DNA of 64,000 bases. Origin: Octopus bimaculoides (taxonomy: Eukaryota). A program made the translations under genes and the position numbers. This document shows positions 63,912-64,000 of the stretch, one piece after another. Each line of letters opens with the position of its first letter. Position 1 is the stretch's first letter. The stretch covers positions 14,951,593 through 15,015,592 of the forward strand of contig NC_068984.1 in the NCBI RefSeq assembly GCF_001194135.2. The letters are read 5' to 3'. The notes beneath the pieces are model-generated. The model was not told where the DNA came from and did no database searches. It saw only the letters and a list, made by a program, of their open reading frames with translations.

Positions 63912-64000
63912 ATGATGATTATGGTGACTATGAAAACTTTGGTCTTGGTTCTGATGACGAAAAACAAGCGAATATGTTGGCACACAGAATTGAAAGATGT
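63912..64000 (+). CDS. SLC7A6OS: SLC7A6OS coding exon 4 (truncated by window end)
   Basis: ttttag| acceptor in phase 1; DDDYGDYENFGLGSDDEKQANMLAHRIERC, open to the window end. Confidence 0.75.
   Translation, partial: MMIMVTMKTLVLVLMTKNKRICWHTELKD

Overview
Eukaryotic, AT-rich, repeat-dense animal DNA with several N gaps. The SINE families and microsatellite load look like an octopus (coleoid cephalopod) genome; this is inferred from pattern recognition, not a search. Bases 1-41 kb contain no recognisable host exon. They hold tRNA-derived SINEs, RTE, R4/Dong and Penelope-like retroelement fragments, mariner/Tc2/Tigger DNA-transposon remnants, microsatellites and minisatellites. Bases 41.8-64 kb hold two divergently transcribed housekeeping genes. 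OXA1L (mitochondrial inner-membrane insertase) lies on the minus strand with 8 coding exons (397 aa) plus a probable first exon. SLC7A6OS/Iwr1 (RNA Pol II nuclear import factor) lies on the plus strand with 4 exons and runs off the window end. Between them are an LTR+PBS remnant and a CRE-clade non-LTR retrotransposon 3' end. The most interesting non-genic signals are: a near-canonical type I hammerhead ribozyme in a ~350 bp direct-repeat-bounded unit behind a Penelope-like RT, a 348 bp colinear hairpin, a ~675 bp-arm inverted duplication, a 51 bp hairpin-bearing minisatellite, two minisatellites built from a SINE 5' head, and inverted intronic SINE pairs. No CRISPR array or clearly novel protein-coding system is supported. 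Repeat boundaries are approximate and were placed by eye.
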